This document shows, piece after piece, positions 48,398-58,665 of a DNA stretch of 64,000 nucleotides. The stretch covers positions 40,663 to 104,662 of IMG/VR virus record IMGVR_UViG_3300035703_000036; one strand, written 5' to 3'. Positions within the stretch are counted from its first letter, which is position 1. Each line of letters begins with the position of its first letter. Both the position numbers and the translations under genes were made by a program. Source of the DNA: a virus. The notes under the pieces were generated by a model, which saw only the letters and a list, made by a program, of their open reading frames with translations, made no database searches and was not told the DNA's origin.

Positions 48398-49604
48398 ATT
48401 CATTTGGATTTAAGCAAATGGGAAAACTTCTAAAAAATGATCTTTTACGAGTCTTAGGTTCTACATAATAATTCAGTACTTGAATAGCTTCTGAAGCAAA
48501 ACCTTTATTCTCAGCATAATTATCTTGACCAGGCACAGATCCATTAACAATCATTCTACCTCTGGCATATACCGTGTATTCATGCCAGTGCCCTACCCTA
48601 TAGTAATCTACGACCTTATTAATCTGATTACCTCGTTTAGACATCAGATTTTGAATGGTATCCCTATTTAGATTCTTAAGCTCGTCTCCATGTTCATAGA
48701 CTACTGTGTTACCATATATTTCAGTCTGTAAATACAGCCCTAAAGCAATCTTAAACTTAACATGCTTAAAACCCGCCTGTACACACATGATTTCTAATGT
48801 TTTATAGATAATATATGTCAGGTTTTCTTCGCCAGGATCATTATAGCTTTTATGATCTTCAGGTCGATCATGATTTCCTGTTACGCAAGGAATCTCTACT
48901 TCGATACCTAACGGAGCGGTAGCTATAGCGATAGGCTTAATTAAATCTTCAAACATAGATTCGATGGCTACGGCAGTTTGTTTTGAAGAACTAAATTCAC
49001 TAGACTTTCTAGACTCTTGACCATGAAAGTGAGCGTTTTCGATAATATCTCCAATCATAGCGATAATGATTTTATGAATATTAAAAGACTTACTTTCTCT
49101 TTGGACTTCATCAAGAACTACCTTGGTGATTTTGCTAACTCTTTGCCTAATAACGGAAGCGTCTACTTGATTATTTTCAATACTTTTAATAAGTTTTCCA
49201 TAGTGGACATCTGAAAAAAGAAGTTCAAGGGTCATATTTCTTTTACCCTTGACCGAGCTTTTTTTAGCTTTATTAATCTTTACCTTATTAATTCTTGAAA
49301 CAACACCCTTGATCTCATCCATAAGATCTTCGCGCTTAGTAAGGTAGTCCGTTAAGATCCTATTTTCTTTAGCAGTTTCAGATTTAACCTTTTTTTGTCT
49401 AAAAATATCCTTAATATTCTTAACTTGATATTCCTGATCAGAGGCTAAATCTCTATACCGATAATATGTTTTCTTTATATTATCGGCAGTTTTATTCTTT
49501 TTAAATCTAGTATTGTAAAGCTCGGCAATCTCATTGAATTGGAGACCTTTTTGCTCTCTTTTTTCAATAATAAAAGCGACTTCTTTTTCGTTAAACAATT
49601 CCAT
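48396..49604 (-). CDS. Calcineurin-like metallophosphoesterase with N-terminal HTH
   Basis: SDVHYG, GDIIE, GNHD, HGD, GHWH; N-terminal LQFNEIAELYN. Confidence 0.85.
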   Translation of the reverse strand: MELFNEKEVAFIIEKREQKGLQFNEIAELYNTRFKKNKTADNIKKTYYRYRDLASDQEYQVKNIKDIFRQKKVKSETAKENRILTDYLTKREDLMDEIKGVVSRINKVKINKAKKSSVKGKRNMTLELLFSDVHYGKLIKSIENNQVDASVIRQRVSKITKVVLDEVQRESKSFNIHKIIIAMIGDIIENAHFHGQESRKSSEFSSSKQTAVAIESMFEDLIKPIAIATAPLGIEVEIPCVTGNHDRPEDHKSYNDPGEENLTYIIYKTLEIMCVQAGFKHVKFKIALGLYLQTEIYGNTVVYEHGDELKNLNRDTIQNLMSKRGNQINKVVDYYRVGHWHEYTVYARGRMIVNGSVPGQDNYAENKGFASEAIQVLNYYVEPKTRKRSFFRSFPICLNPNE

Positions 49605-49606
49605 AT

Positions 49607-50173
49607 TTATCCTTGCTGATTTTGATCCTGTTCAAAATTAAGGTTTTTTTCCGTTTCAACAATTTTATAAAGTTCAGTAATTTCTGTAGAAACTTCAGAT
49701 TTATCTGTAGTAATAATATCGCCTACTTTTTTACCTAAAATTAATTGCTTATTTTCTTCTCTAAGAGACGGAATAGAGAACTGAAGTCTAGGCACTACAA
49801 CTTCTCCATTTAAAAGATCTCTAGCAACAACAAAGGAATTGCTATTAACAGTTCCTTCTTCATCTTTTACCAATACACCCTGATCAACTAGGAATTTAAT
49901 TTTTTCTTTTAAATCATTAACTTCATAATCCTCTATCTTTCTAGTTACCTCGTCATTATTTGCAATATTTTTGTCGGTTAAAACATCTACAATTGCATTT
50001 TGTCTGCGAGCTAAAAAAGATAAGTTAACATTGGTACGCTCAATTTCTTCAGCCATAACCTCGATAGATCTTCTGTCTGCCATCACCAGCTCGTTTAATT
50101 GGGCAATTTTGCTTTCTAATTGCTCTAATTTTTGAGCCGCTGTTAAGTTCGTGTTCTTTTTCTCATTTGCCAT
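49607..50173 (-). CDS. Coiled-coil protein with GreA-C/FKBP-like C-terminal domain
   Basis: QLILGKKVGDII..EITELY; N-terminal coiled coil; fold call tentative. Confidence 0.5.
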   Translation of the reverse strand: MANEKKNTNLTAAQKLEQLESKIAQLNELVMADRRSIEVMAEEIERTNVNLSFLARRQNAIVDVLTDKNIANNDEVTRKIEDYEVNDLKEKIKFLVDQGVLVKDEEGTVNSNSFVVARDLLNGEVVVPRLQFSIPSLREENKQLILGKKVGDIITTDKSEVSTEITELYKIVETEKNLNFEQDQNQQG

Positions 50174-50182
50174 AGTTTCCTC

Positions 50183-51202
50183 CTAATCTACTTGTTGTAT
50201 TCTTGACCCGCCTTTTTTAGAGGCGAGAACTCTTGCTAGTACATTTTCAAATCCGGATTTGTCATTTCTACCTGAATCCATAGCTTGTTGCATTTCATAG
50301 TGAGAAGCTATTTGTTCGGCAGTAGGTAAAGGTCTGGGATTTTCTGGCACAGCTTTAACCCCTGTTGCAATTTGCGAGTTAGCTCTTGCCAATTCTTCAG
50401 ATGACATTTTACTTGCGGGCTTTCTATTTTTCATTTTTTTCAAATCTTCTCTGGCGATTTCTTCAATGCTCTTACTTACATCAGAAACAGGAACTACATT
50501 TTTTGCAGGTTTTTGAATTGAAGTAGCTCTTAACGGTTCTTCTTTTTTTGCCGGAGTTTTAGTTTTCAAAGAAGGTTTAACGGTAGAAGTTTGCGCCTGA
50601 TTGATCGGAGCCAATCCTTTAGGCTTTGTTGGTCTAGTTGTTTCCGACATTTTTTTAGGAACAGTATTTTGAACGGAAACAGACTCTTCTCTAGCGCTTG
50701 ACTCGGTAGATAGGTAGACATCATCTCCATTAGTACTTGCGCCTTGGGTTCCTTTGTAAGATAATTGCTTTAAAAATTCCACTTCAACAGTATTGAAAGG
50801 CAATTTAACTGAAGATTCTACTACATGAATAGTTTCGGTTTTTTCCGTTTTTTCAGATTTAATTCCTAAAAGAATTTCTAATCTTTGAACGATAAATTCC
50901 TTGATCTCTTTTTCGACATTTTTAAGCGCCGTAGGGTTGGCTTTAATTCCTTCAAATAGATTGTGCTTAATCAACATCTCATAGAGTCTAGCCTGTTCTA
51001 ATCTGACCATAGCTTCGCCAATAACGCTTCTTTCTCTTTCCGTTACAGTTTTGTAAGGAATCTTAACCGGCTCGGTTCTAGGCTCATCTTCCATAGTTTC
51101 AGGAATATCATCCTCATCAATAGAATCCGCATATTGTTTATTAACCTCTTCTATCAGATCGATTTCTGAAGTGTCTTCATTATCCCAATCAAAATTACTC
51201 AT
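50183..51202 (-). CDS. Hypothetical protein with acidic N-terminus and low-complexity linker
   Basis: 339-aa ORF, AAGGAG SD, TGTGGTATAAT promoter. Confidence 0.75.
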   Translation of the reverse strand: MSNFDWDNEDTSEIDLIEEVNKQYADSIDEDDIPETMEDEPRTEPVKIPYKTVTERERSVIGEAMVRLEQARLYEMLIKHNLFEGIKANPTALKNVEKEIKEFIVQRLEILLGIKSEKTEKTETIHVVESSVKLPFNTVEVEFLKQLSYKGTQGASTNGDDVYLSTESSAREESVSVQNTVPKKMSETTRPTKPKGLAPINQAQTSTVKPSLKTKTPAKKEEPLRATSIQKPAKNVVPVSDVSKSIEEIAREDLKKMKNRKPASKMSSEELARANSQIATGVKAVPENPRPLPTAEQIASHYEMQQAMDSGRNDKSGFENVLARVLASKKGGSRIQQVD

Positions 51203-51232
51203 AAATAAAACTCCTTAACATATTATACCACA

Positions 51233-52942
51233 TTATGCTTCACAAGCCTTACATTCGTCACCTCTTGAAGCGCTATCGGCCCTTAAAACGCTAGAAGTTC
51301 GGCAATAATACAAAGTTTTTATCCCCATTTTCCATGCCTCTAAGTGAACTTTGTGAATAAATCTAGGATCTGCGTTAGCCGAGAAAAATAGATTTAAACT
51401 TTGAGATTGACATATATATTTTTGCCGTTGAGATGCCTGCCTAATGATGGCCATTTGATTAATCTCATACGCCGTTTTAAACACTTCCTTTTCTTCAGGA
51501 GAAAGAAAATCTAAATGTTGTACAGATCCGTATGCGGCATTGATCGATTTCCATACTTCAGGTATATCTCTATTATGTTTTTTAAGAATAATTTTTAAAG
51601 TTCTATTTTGTCTTAAAAAGACTCCTTTAGCTGTTTTATCTGTATAAGCATTAGCAATAATCGGTTCAATTCCTGCGCTAACGTCTCCGCTTATAATTGA
51701 GTTAGATCGAGTAGGAGCTACAGCTAAAAGATGACTATTGCGCATACCCGTGCCTTTTAACCATTCCGGCTCACCATAGGCTATTGCTAGTTCTTTGCTG
51801 GCATTTACCGCTTTTTCTTTAATACTTTTAAACATTTCATTATTTAATGCCATAGCTTGAAAAGAATCAAAGGGAATCATTTTTTCTTGCAGCAGAGTAT
51901 GCCACCCTAATACGCCTATTCCAATAGCCCTACCTTTGACTGCGCTTCTAATAACTTTTTCAAAACCAGACATAGCTGAAGCTTTTTCTATAAATTCTGA
52001 CAAAACCGCATCAAGAAATAGTGTCGTATAAAAAACTAAGTCTGAATCTTTCCATTCATCGTATTTTGCGGCATTTAGAGAAGATAGGCAGCAAATAAAA
52101 CTATGGTCGCTATCAGTAAATAAAGTAATCTCGCTGCAAATATTGGTCATGCCTACTTTTAAATTATTAAGGTTATAACCTTCAGGATTGTTTTTGTTTA
52201 CTGTATCAGAAAACATAATATAGCTTTCGCCGGTTTCCATTCTGGTTTTGAGTAGTTCTCTCCATTTTTCTCTAGCTTCTTTTTCCCCATCTACAACTTT
52301 TTTCATAAAACTGTCGGGAATAATAGAGCAATGGTGTGTGTTTAGGCATTGAAAATTAACATCGCCTTCAGGCCTTCTCATTCGAATAAAATGAGGCCAA
52401 TCTTTATGTGTAATACTAAGATTTGCACTGTACGCACCTCTTCTGACTTGACCTTGACTAGTTACCGCTCCGGTAGCGTCATATATCTTAATCCATCCTA
52501 AGATACTTCCTGTTTTACCGTTTAATCCACCTTTAATAGGAGATCCACTAGGTCTTAGTCTATCAAAATTAATTCCTACACCGCCAGAAGCCGCGCTTAA
52601 TTTTCCTGCTTCTCTTACGCCGCCGAAAATTTCATCTAGGTTGTCTCCCACATCTGTTCCATAGCAGGAAATAGGAAGAGCCCTGTCAGTTCCCAGATTA
52701 CTTAAAACTGGCGTAGCTGGGCATAGCCAATTTCTCCACATCAAATCAAAAAAAATGTCTTCCAGATGATTTGTAGCATTATAATTACTTAAATAAGAAG
52801 CCGCAGATTTGGCTACTCTTTTGTACATTTGTTTTGGAGTTTCATTGTCAAGCAAGTATCCTCCGCAAACTGTAGTATAACTTTCTTCGCTGTACCATTC
52901 AGGGGCTTCCCCTGTTTTCTTTAATTCCTCTAAATTAGACAT
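51233..52942 (-). CDS. nrdA: Ribonucleotide reductase class Ia large subunit
   Basis: PATPVL, ISCY, GGVG, QGQVRRGA, TNICSEI, CCLSS, APTRSNS, KTLYY, C-terminal CKACE; ATG 52942. Confidence 0.95.
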   Translation of the reverse strand: MSNLEELKKTGEAPEWYSEESYTTVCGGYLLDNETPKQMYKRVAKSAASYLSNYNATNHLEDIFFDLMWRNWLCPATPVLSNLGTDRALPISCYGTDVGDNLDEIFGGVREAGKLSAASGGVGINFDRLRPSGSPIKGGLNGKTGSILGWIKIYDATGAVTSQGQVRRGAYSANLSITHKDWPHFIRMRRPEGDVNFQCLNTHHCSIIPDSFMKKVVDGEKEAREKWRELLKTRMETGESYIMFSDTVNKNNPEGYNLNNLKVGMTNICSEITLFTDSDHSFICCLSSLNAAKYDEWKDSDLVFYTTLFLDAVLSEFIEKASAMSGFEKVIRSAVKGRAIGIGVLGWHTLLQEKMIPFDSFQAMALNNEMFKSIKEKAVNASKELAIAYGEPEWLKGTGMRNSHLLAVAPTRSNSIISGDVSAGIEPIIANAYTDKTAKGVFLRQNRTLKIILKKHNRDIPEVWKSINAAYGSVQHLDFLSPEEKEVFKTAYEINQMAIIRQASQRQKYICQSQSLNLFFSANADPRFIHKVHLEAWKMGIKTLYYCRTSSVLRADSASRGDECKACEA

Positions 52943-53918
52943 CGGCCATCCCCTCTTCTTTGTCGTACATCTTATCCCAGTCAATGTGTCCCTTAGAATA
53001 CTCAGTTACTTTCTGAGCGAAAAAATCTTGAAATTCTACGCCAGAACTAATATACTCGAACCATTCCATTTTTGCAAGAGATTCTTTATCAATATTTTTC
53101 CAGTTAACTTTTAAGTTTAAATCCTGAAGTTTTGTATTAGTTCTGTGCCTAATAAAGTTTTTAAGATCTTTAGGATCTAACCCTCTAATTTCTCCTAAAG
53201 AAAAAGCTTTATCAATAAAATTATCCTCTAATTCCACAGTTATTCTAGCAGCTTCATAGATTTCTTTTTTTAAATCATCCGTCCATATTTCAGGATTTTC
53301 TGAAATAAACTCTCTAAATAGTCTGCATCCAGCTTCCGAATGTAGGCTTTCATCTCTAATTGACCAGCTTACAATCTGAGATACACCCTTCATCATATTA
53401 AATCTACTGAGATTTAATAAAATCGCAAAAGAGCTGAATAAATTAACGCCTTCAGTAAACCCAGAAAAAATAGCCAAACTTCTAGCTATGTCTTTCTTGT
53501 CCTTGGTTTTTACATATTTTAATCTATCTAATTTGGCCATAGCCGAATCATCTTGAAGAAAAGCTTTATAATCATCCAAACCTAATGAGTCATTTAGATA
53601 ACTATATCCCCACATGTGGACACATTCCATATTGCTGAATGCGCTAGACATCATACATATTTCAACTACCGGAAACCATTTGGAAACTCTTTTACTCCAA
53701 TAATCATTGACATAAGTTTCAGTTTGAGTAAAAGATTTTAAGATCTGTCCTAATACTTGTCTTTCTGATTCAGTTAGATTTTGATTCCAATCTTGTATAT
53801 CTCCTGACATGGCAACTTCCGTAGGTAGCCAATGAGCTTGGTTTTGTTTTTGGCAATAATCAAACGCCCAATCATATTGAAAAGGCTTGTAGTAATCCCT
53901 AGTCTTAGTTAGAGACAT
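52935..53918 (-). CDS. nrdB: Ribonucleotide reductase class Ia small subunit
   Basis: HWLPTEV, ECVHMWGY, EGVNLFSSF, RDESLH, DFFAQKVTEY. Confidence 0.95.
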   Translation of the reverse strand: MSLTKTRDYYKPFQYDWAFDYCQKQNQAHWLPTEVAMSGDIQDWNQNLTESERQVLGQILKSFTQTETYVNDYWSKRVSKWFPVVEICMMSSAFSNMECVHMWGYSYLNDSLGLDDYKAFLQDDSAMAKLDRLKYVKTKDKKDIARSLAIFSGFTEGVNLFSSFAILLNLSRFNMMKGVSQIVSWSIRDESLHSEAGCRLFREFISENPEIWTDDLKKEIYEAARITVELEDNFIDKAFSLGEIRGLDPKDLKNFIRHRTNTKLQDLNLKVNWKNIDKESLAKMEWFEYISSGVEFQDFFAQKVTEYSKGHIDWDKMYDKEEGMADV

Positions 53919-53930
53919 ATATATCCTTAG

Positions 53931-54590
53931 TTATTTTTTGTTTGTTTTAAGTAGCTTCTTTTGTTCTCGTAAACGCTTTCGCTCTTCTTTCTCCTCAAGT
54001 TCACGGCGTTGTTTTTGTAGATGGTTTTGGTATAGCTTTTCAAATTCTATATTCCTTTTATTGATAAACTCTTTATCGAATTCATTTTCAGGATTAAGAT
54101 GAAAACCGTTATCCATTTCTTGATCAATCGCAAAATCATTCCATCTATCTCTGAAAAAGTTTTCTTTTGTACTTTTCCAGCTATGACAACTTTTTTGTCC
54201 TTTAGGAAGATCTTTTGATTTTGTACTACATAGTACTTGAAGATTAGATATTTTGCAAAATATCCCTCTGGCGAGTTCGTCGTAAGTCATCTTTTCTTCC
54301 TTTTTCCATAGAGGAACTACAGGTTCAATGTGATCTACTTGAACATTCTTTTGGGAAAACAATCCCTCACAATGAGCGCATCGGTATCTTACTTGGTTTT
54401 TTTTGCCAACAGATCCATCTTTAAGAGTCTTAGGAGGAAGCTCTACTCTGGCGGCCTGTAGAACTTCCTTCATTTGAGGAGAAAGTCTAAAAGATCTACG
54501 CATAGCTCCTTTTATTCTTCCTCTTTCTTCAACCCACCGACCATTTTCGTCGTATAAAGATTTTTCTTTTTTATTTAGTTTCTTCGGCAT
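53931..54590 (-). CDS. HNH endonuclease
   Basis: YRCAHC..VQVDHIEP..NLQVLC..CHSWKS. Confidence 0.85.
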   Translation of the reverse strand: MPKKLNKKEKSLYDENGRWVEERGRIKGAMRRSFRLSPQMKEVLQAARVELPPKTLKDGSVGKKNQVRYRCAHCEGLFSQKNVQVDHIEPVVPLWKKEEKMTYDELARGIFCKISNLQVLCSTKSKDLPKGQKSCHSWKSTKENFFRDRWNDFAIDQEMDNGFHLNPENEFDKEFINKRNIEFEKLYQNHLQKQRRELEEKEERKRLREQKKLLKTNKK

Positions 54591-54873
54591 CGCCTGACTT
54601 TTCCTTAATCAATAAATTAATATAAGCTAATTTATCTTTTAAAGCAGACAAAGCATCCCTATATGGGCCCGACAATTCTGATAACTTATCTTTAGTAGCC
54701 TCTAACTCTTCATCGTTTTTCTTTGCCAAAATAGTATCTTCTCGATGTTTAGCGTAAGTCATTAGAGTTTTTTCTAGATCGGCAATGTTAAGGCCGTCTA
54801 CTGAATCAGTAAATGACCCGTATTTTTTTTGAATTTTTTCTTTTTGCGTTCTTGAGCTTAATTTTTCAGACAT
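54571..54873 (-). CDS. Helical hypothetical protein
   Basis: GGAGG SD. Confidence 0.7.
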   Translation of the reverse strand: MSEKLSSRTQKEKIQKKYGSFTDSVDGLNIADLEKTLMTYAKHREDTILAKKNDEELEATKDKLSELSGPYRDALSALKDKLAYINLLIKEKSGDAEETK

Positions 54874-54884
54874 ATTTCCTCCTG

Positions 54885-55238
54885 TTAAAAACTATCGTCC
54901 GTTCTATAGTCAAATTTAGGTAATCTTTTTAAACAATCATTTTTATTTAAAAAAGCAATCGTAGATTCCACTATACACAGAACACTCTGATGTTCCTCTT
55001 GAATTTTTATTTTGCTAACTCCTAGATATGTTGGAAATAGTTTATTTGCCATCATACTTTTTGCGGAGCTAGTAATTTGATGTAAGCTATTGTAATCCAT
55101 ATTAAAATTAGATTTACTTAAATGAGTATATTTATCAAGCAAATTAATTAAAGTTTTAACTTTATCATTATGATCTTGGCTTTCGATATTTTCAAAAAAT
55201 CTAAGAACATCTGCTCGTATCTGATCTTCTAAATTCAT
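54885..55238 (-). CDS. Hypothetical protein
   Basis: Follows a TGGTATAAT promoter. Confidence 0.7.
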   Translation of the reverse strand: MNLEDQIRADVLRFFENIESQDHNDKVKTLINLLDKYTHLSKSNFNMDYNSLHQITSSAKSMMANKLFPTYLGVSKIKIQEEHQSVLCIVESTIAFLNKNDCLKRLPKFDYRTDDSF

Positions 55239-55256
55239 TTTTACCCCTTTCCATAA

Positions 55257-57311
55257 TTATACCATACTAACAGAACTTTCTTCACCGTTTCTTATAACTG
55301 TAACAACTTCTGACATCATTTCTTTTAATTCTGAACTGTGATCTACCAATACGATTGATTTATTAGTGTCTATATTTTTTAGTAATTCTAAACACTGAGT
55401 TTTATTAACTGAATCTAGACCATCAAATGGCTCATCTAAAATAAAGATATTTAGTCCCTTACCGGCCTTATCTTCAATCATATCAATTACAGCTAAATCT
55501 ACAGCTAGATCAATTGCTGTTCTTTCGCCTCCGGATAATGTTTTAATAGGGATATTGCCTTCACCGTCTAAATTTACTACCGCATTAACTTCTTCTTTGA
55601 TAGTTCCGTTTTTAGTTTCCTTAGAAGATTCAAAATAAATAGTAGCGCCAGTCATATTAGGTATTCCGGATAAAATATCTGTGGATTTATTGCCAATATA
55701 ATCTAGGGTATCTTGAAATACTTGTAAGGTGTAGGATTTTATTAATCTTTTAGATTCTTCTGCTATCAGAGATTTTCTAGAAAGAGCTTCTATATTGTTT
55801 TGAATATTCTCTAGTTCTTTTTGGTTTAACTGCTCCATTTCTGCTATTCTTTGAAGATTATCCTTAAAATTTTTAAGTTTTATGAAATCCATTTGCTTTA
55901 AAGACTGTTGGGTTGATATGATTTTGTTAAGATTATTGATTAGATCATTCTCTAATCTAATAAGCTCGTTATATTCCTTATCAATCGCAGATAGCTTACC
56001 TATATATTCTGATTGAGCAAGTGAGTTTTCTAGATTTATAGTTTTGTCTAGATTTGCTTTGACGCTATTTAATTCGGCTATTTCTTGTTTTATTTGTAAG
56101 ATTTTTACATCGACTTCAGAACTTGCATTTGTAGATCTTAACTTATTTAATATATCCTGAGCCCTACTTAAATTAAGATTAATTTCTTGTTCTTTACTTA
56201 TTTCCAATAATAGGCTTTCTATTTTTTTAGCCGAATCAACAATACTAGAACTAATCTGATTTAATTTATCTGCCGCAGAATTACCTACCCATATTTGAGA
56301 ACATGTCGGACAAGAGTTGTCTTCTATGTGTTTTTTTTGATCATTTAATTCCTTGCTTTTAATTTTTAGCATTTCAACAGTTTTTTTATGCGTGTTGATT
56401 GTAAATAATTCTGAGTTTAAGTTTTTAATTGCCGTTTCTACTTTAAATATCTTTTCATTATGTGCCGCCATAATTACAGCTTTATCTTCATTAAGCTTTG
56501 TTAATTCGTATTCGGCCTCTTTAATCCTATTAAATTGAGTATAATCTGGGGTTTTAATAATCGGTGCGATTATAGATTTTTTTAAATTTTCCTGTGTATC
56601 GGATAGTTTTTGAATATTCTTTTTAACTACCTCTAATTTTTCTAATGCCTCTTTTTCTTCTTCCTCATTCCATTCGGGCTTAGGAGGCTCAGTTACTATT
56701 CCATATCTAAGCTGGGTGTTTTTATCAAAAACCACGCTTTTTTTATTATTTAATTCATTTAAATTTAAAGTAATTTTTTTAATGTCTTCGTCAATCTTGT
56801 CAATTTTTTTAGACCATTCTTCAAGACCTAGTACAGAAATTAAAAAATCGTAACTTTCTTTAGCGGTTAAATTTAAAAAAAAGCCTCCCTCTTTTTGTTT
56901 TTTATGAAACATTTTTTTAAAAAGCTTTCTATTGATACCTATAATTTCATCAAGTTTTTCTTCGGCTATTTTTGAATTTCCTGATACTGACTCTCCATCA
57001 ACCTCTATAGTTAAACCGTCTTTTTTTGACCTGCTTATAACTATGTTTTTCTCATTTATAATAAACTTTGCAGATACGTTAATACCATCTTTTGTGACTC
57101 TAGATTGTAAAGCTGTTGCCGGTATTTCATTTACGCCTAACAAATAATCTAAGGCATGGAATACAGTAGATTTACCAGATCCAGAAGATCCTCCGGTATT
57201 AAGATTTTTTCCGTCTACTTGAACTATTTTGCCTAGAGTATCAAAATTTATAACTTGTTTGTCTACAAATCTTCCAATACCACTAAATGACAATTCCTTT
57301 AACGTAAGCAT
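55257..57311 (-). CDS. sbcC: SbcC/Rad50/gp46-like SMC ATPase
   Basis: GSSGSGKST, CPTC hook, LSGGE, ILDEPF, VDH. Confidence 0.92.
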   Translation of the reverse strand: MLTLKELSFSGIGRFVDKQVINFDTLGKIVQVDGKNLNTGGSSGSGKSTVFHALDYLLGVNEIPATALQSRVTKDGINVSAKFIINEKNIVISRSKKDGLTIEVDGESVSGNSKIAEEKLDEIIGINRKLFKKMFHKKQKEGGFFLNLTAKESYDFLISVLGLEEWSKKIDKIDEDIKKITLNLNELNNKKSVVFDKNTQLRYGIVTEPPKPEWNEEEEKEALEKLEVVKKNIQKLSDTQENLKKSIIAPIIKTPDYTQFNRIKEAEYELTKLNEDKAVIMAAHNEKIFKVETAIKNLNSELFTINTHKKTVEMLKIKSKELNDQKKHIEDNSCPTCSQIWVGNSAADKLNQISSSIVDSAKKIESLLLEISKEQEINLNLSRAQDILNKLRSTNASSEVDVKILQIKQEIAELNSVKANLDKTINLENSLAQSEYIGKLSAIDKEYNELIRLENDLINNLNKIISTQQSLKQMDFIKLKNFKDNLQRIAEMEQLNQKELENIQNNIEALSRKSLIAEESKRLIKSYTLQVFQDTLDYIGNKSTDILSGIPNMTGATIYFESSKETKNGTIKEEVNAVVNLDGEGNIPIKTLSGGERTAIDLAVDLAVIDMIEDKAGKGLNIFILDEPFDGLDSVNKTQCLELLKNIDTNKSIVLVDHSSELKEMMSEVVTVIRNGEESSVSMV

Positions 57312-57559
57312 TAGTCCCCCTTAGAAAAGCGTTCAGACTCCTTATTAACAACCTCATTCATAATCTCTATATCTTTTGTAAGACCGCCATTATTTACAAA
57401 TTGAGTGGTTTTGGTAGTAGGGGCTCCAAGTTGTCTTTCTAATTTTCCAACGCTACAGGCTCCGCAATCTAAAAAAGGCGGAATATCCTTGTGTGTCCGA
57501 AACATTTTCTCTATTTTATTGTGGCAATCAGGATTGTTGCAAGCAAAAAGTATCATCAT
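57311..57559 (-). CDS. FmdB-like zinc-ribbon protein
   Basis: FACNNPDCH..E..CGACSVGKLERQLGAP; ATG 57559 with AAGGAG SD. Confidence 0.7.
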   Translation of the reverse strand: MMILFACNNPDCHNKIEKMFRTHKDIPPFLDCGACSVGKLERQLGAPTTKTTQFVNNGGLTKDIEIMNEVVNKESERFSKGD

Positions 57560-57597
57560 AAAATTCTCCTTGTTCTTATCAATTATACCACAAAAAC

Positions 57598-57624
57598 AAA
57601 AAAACCTCCCCGAAGGGAGGTTTT
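57598..57624 (-). terminator. Intrinsic terminator (cUUCGg loop)
   Basis: AAAACCTCCC-TTCG-GGGAGGTTTTTTT on minus strand. Confidence 0.85.
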
Positions 57625-57640
57625 GAGGGGAGGGGCACAA

Positions 57641-58624
57641 CTAGTAAGAGCGAATAATATTCTCTCGTCTAGATTTCGTTAAACTTTCTTTAACTTCACT
57701 GATTTTCTTTTCAATTTCTTCCATTGTTAATTTAGAATTTGCAGCACAAGTTTTTTCTTTTCTAGTTTTAGTTTCTTCATCAGAGTTATAGTAGTAAGAT
57801 CCTGAAGATTCTGTTTTAGTACATTCTGGCCCAAATTGACCGTTATTTTTAATAAAATCATTTAGACTCATATTTCCTTTATTTGTTTGAATATTTACCG
57901 TAATACTTAAAGGCGCAGTATTCATAGGACAATTAGAGTATTCTACTGTTAGAGTGAACAAGAAAGCGTCGTAATTTACCGAATGTCTACCTTCTCTTAA
58001 CGAAGCGTCACATTTTACGTTTACAACAGCGTCAGCATATCCTTGCTCAACAGCATCTTTTCCAGTTAACCAAAGTTCATTTTCATAAGCAGATCTGTAT
58101 GATTGTAGAGTTTGTTTTCCATTAGTACGATCAACAGTAATTTTATCTAACTCATCAATTCTGCGTAACCATAAACCATATCTAGAATCAAGCTGAGATA
58201 AACCGCCGCCAAACTCACCAGTAAAGCCACCTTTAGCTTTATGAGACATTAGAACTCCGTTTCCAACAATCAATCTTTCGCCTAGATTTTGAACAGCTTG
58301 AAAGCCCATCGAAGCCGCAAATAAAGTAATGGTATGAACAGGACGATTTAAACCTTTAACAAATTCAAAAAGTTCGAGACCCGCCTGAATGCTTCCTCCT
58401 GGCGTATCTAGAAATAAATAGATCGGATATCCATTTGGAAGATCTGAATCAATTTTCATGATTTGCTGCATTACAATAGATACTGATTCGCTATTAAAAT
58501 CTTGATTTAGAATAACAGTGTTGTCAGCGGATAAAGTAATTTCTTTGTTTGCCGTTTTCTTTTCTTCTGCCATGACTGCAAAACTGAAAGTCATAGCAAT
58601 GATTAAGGTTACAATTTTTTTCAT
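57641..58624 (-). CDS. Exported ClpP-fold serine protease
   Basis: Signal peptide MKKIVTLIIAMTFSFAVMA; LFLDTPGGS, FAASMG, LMSHKA, ELWLTGKDAVEQGYAD; four Cys. Confidence 0.8.
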   Translation of the reverse strand: MKKIVTLIIAMTFSFAVMAEEKKTANKEITLSADNTVILNQDFNSESVSIVMQQIMKIDSDLPNGYPIYLFLDTPGGSIQAGLELFEFVKGLNRPVHTITLFAASMGFQAVQNLGERLIVGNGVLMSHKAKGGFTGEFGGGLSQLDSRYGLWLRRIDELDKITVDRTNGKQTLQSYRSAYENELWLTGKDAVEQGYADAVVNVKCDASLREGRHSVNYDAFLFTLTVEYSNCPMNTAPLSITVNIQTNKGNMSLNDFIKNNGQFGPECTKTESSGSYYYNSDEETKTRKEKTCAANSKLTMEEIEKKISEVKESLTKSRRENIIRSY

Positions 58625-58665
58625 AGTTTCTCCTTTTTTATTGCCTTAATTAATATTACCACATA

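Noticed and set aside
53931-54590. HNH as an intron-encoded homing endonuclease in nrd genes
   Set aside because: nrdA and nrdB are uninterrupted; the HNH is free-standing and coupled in the operon
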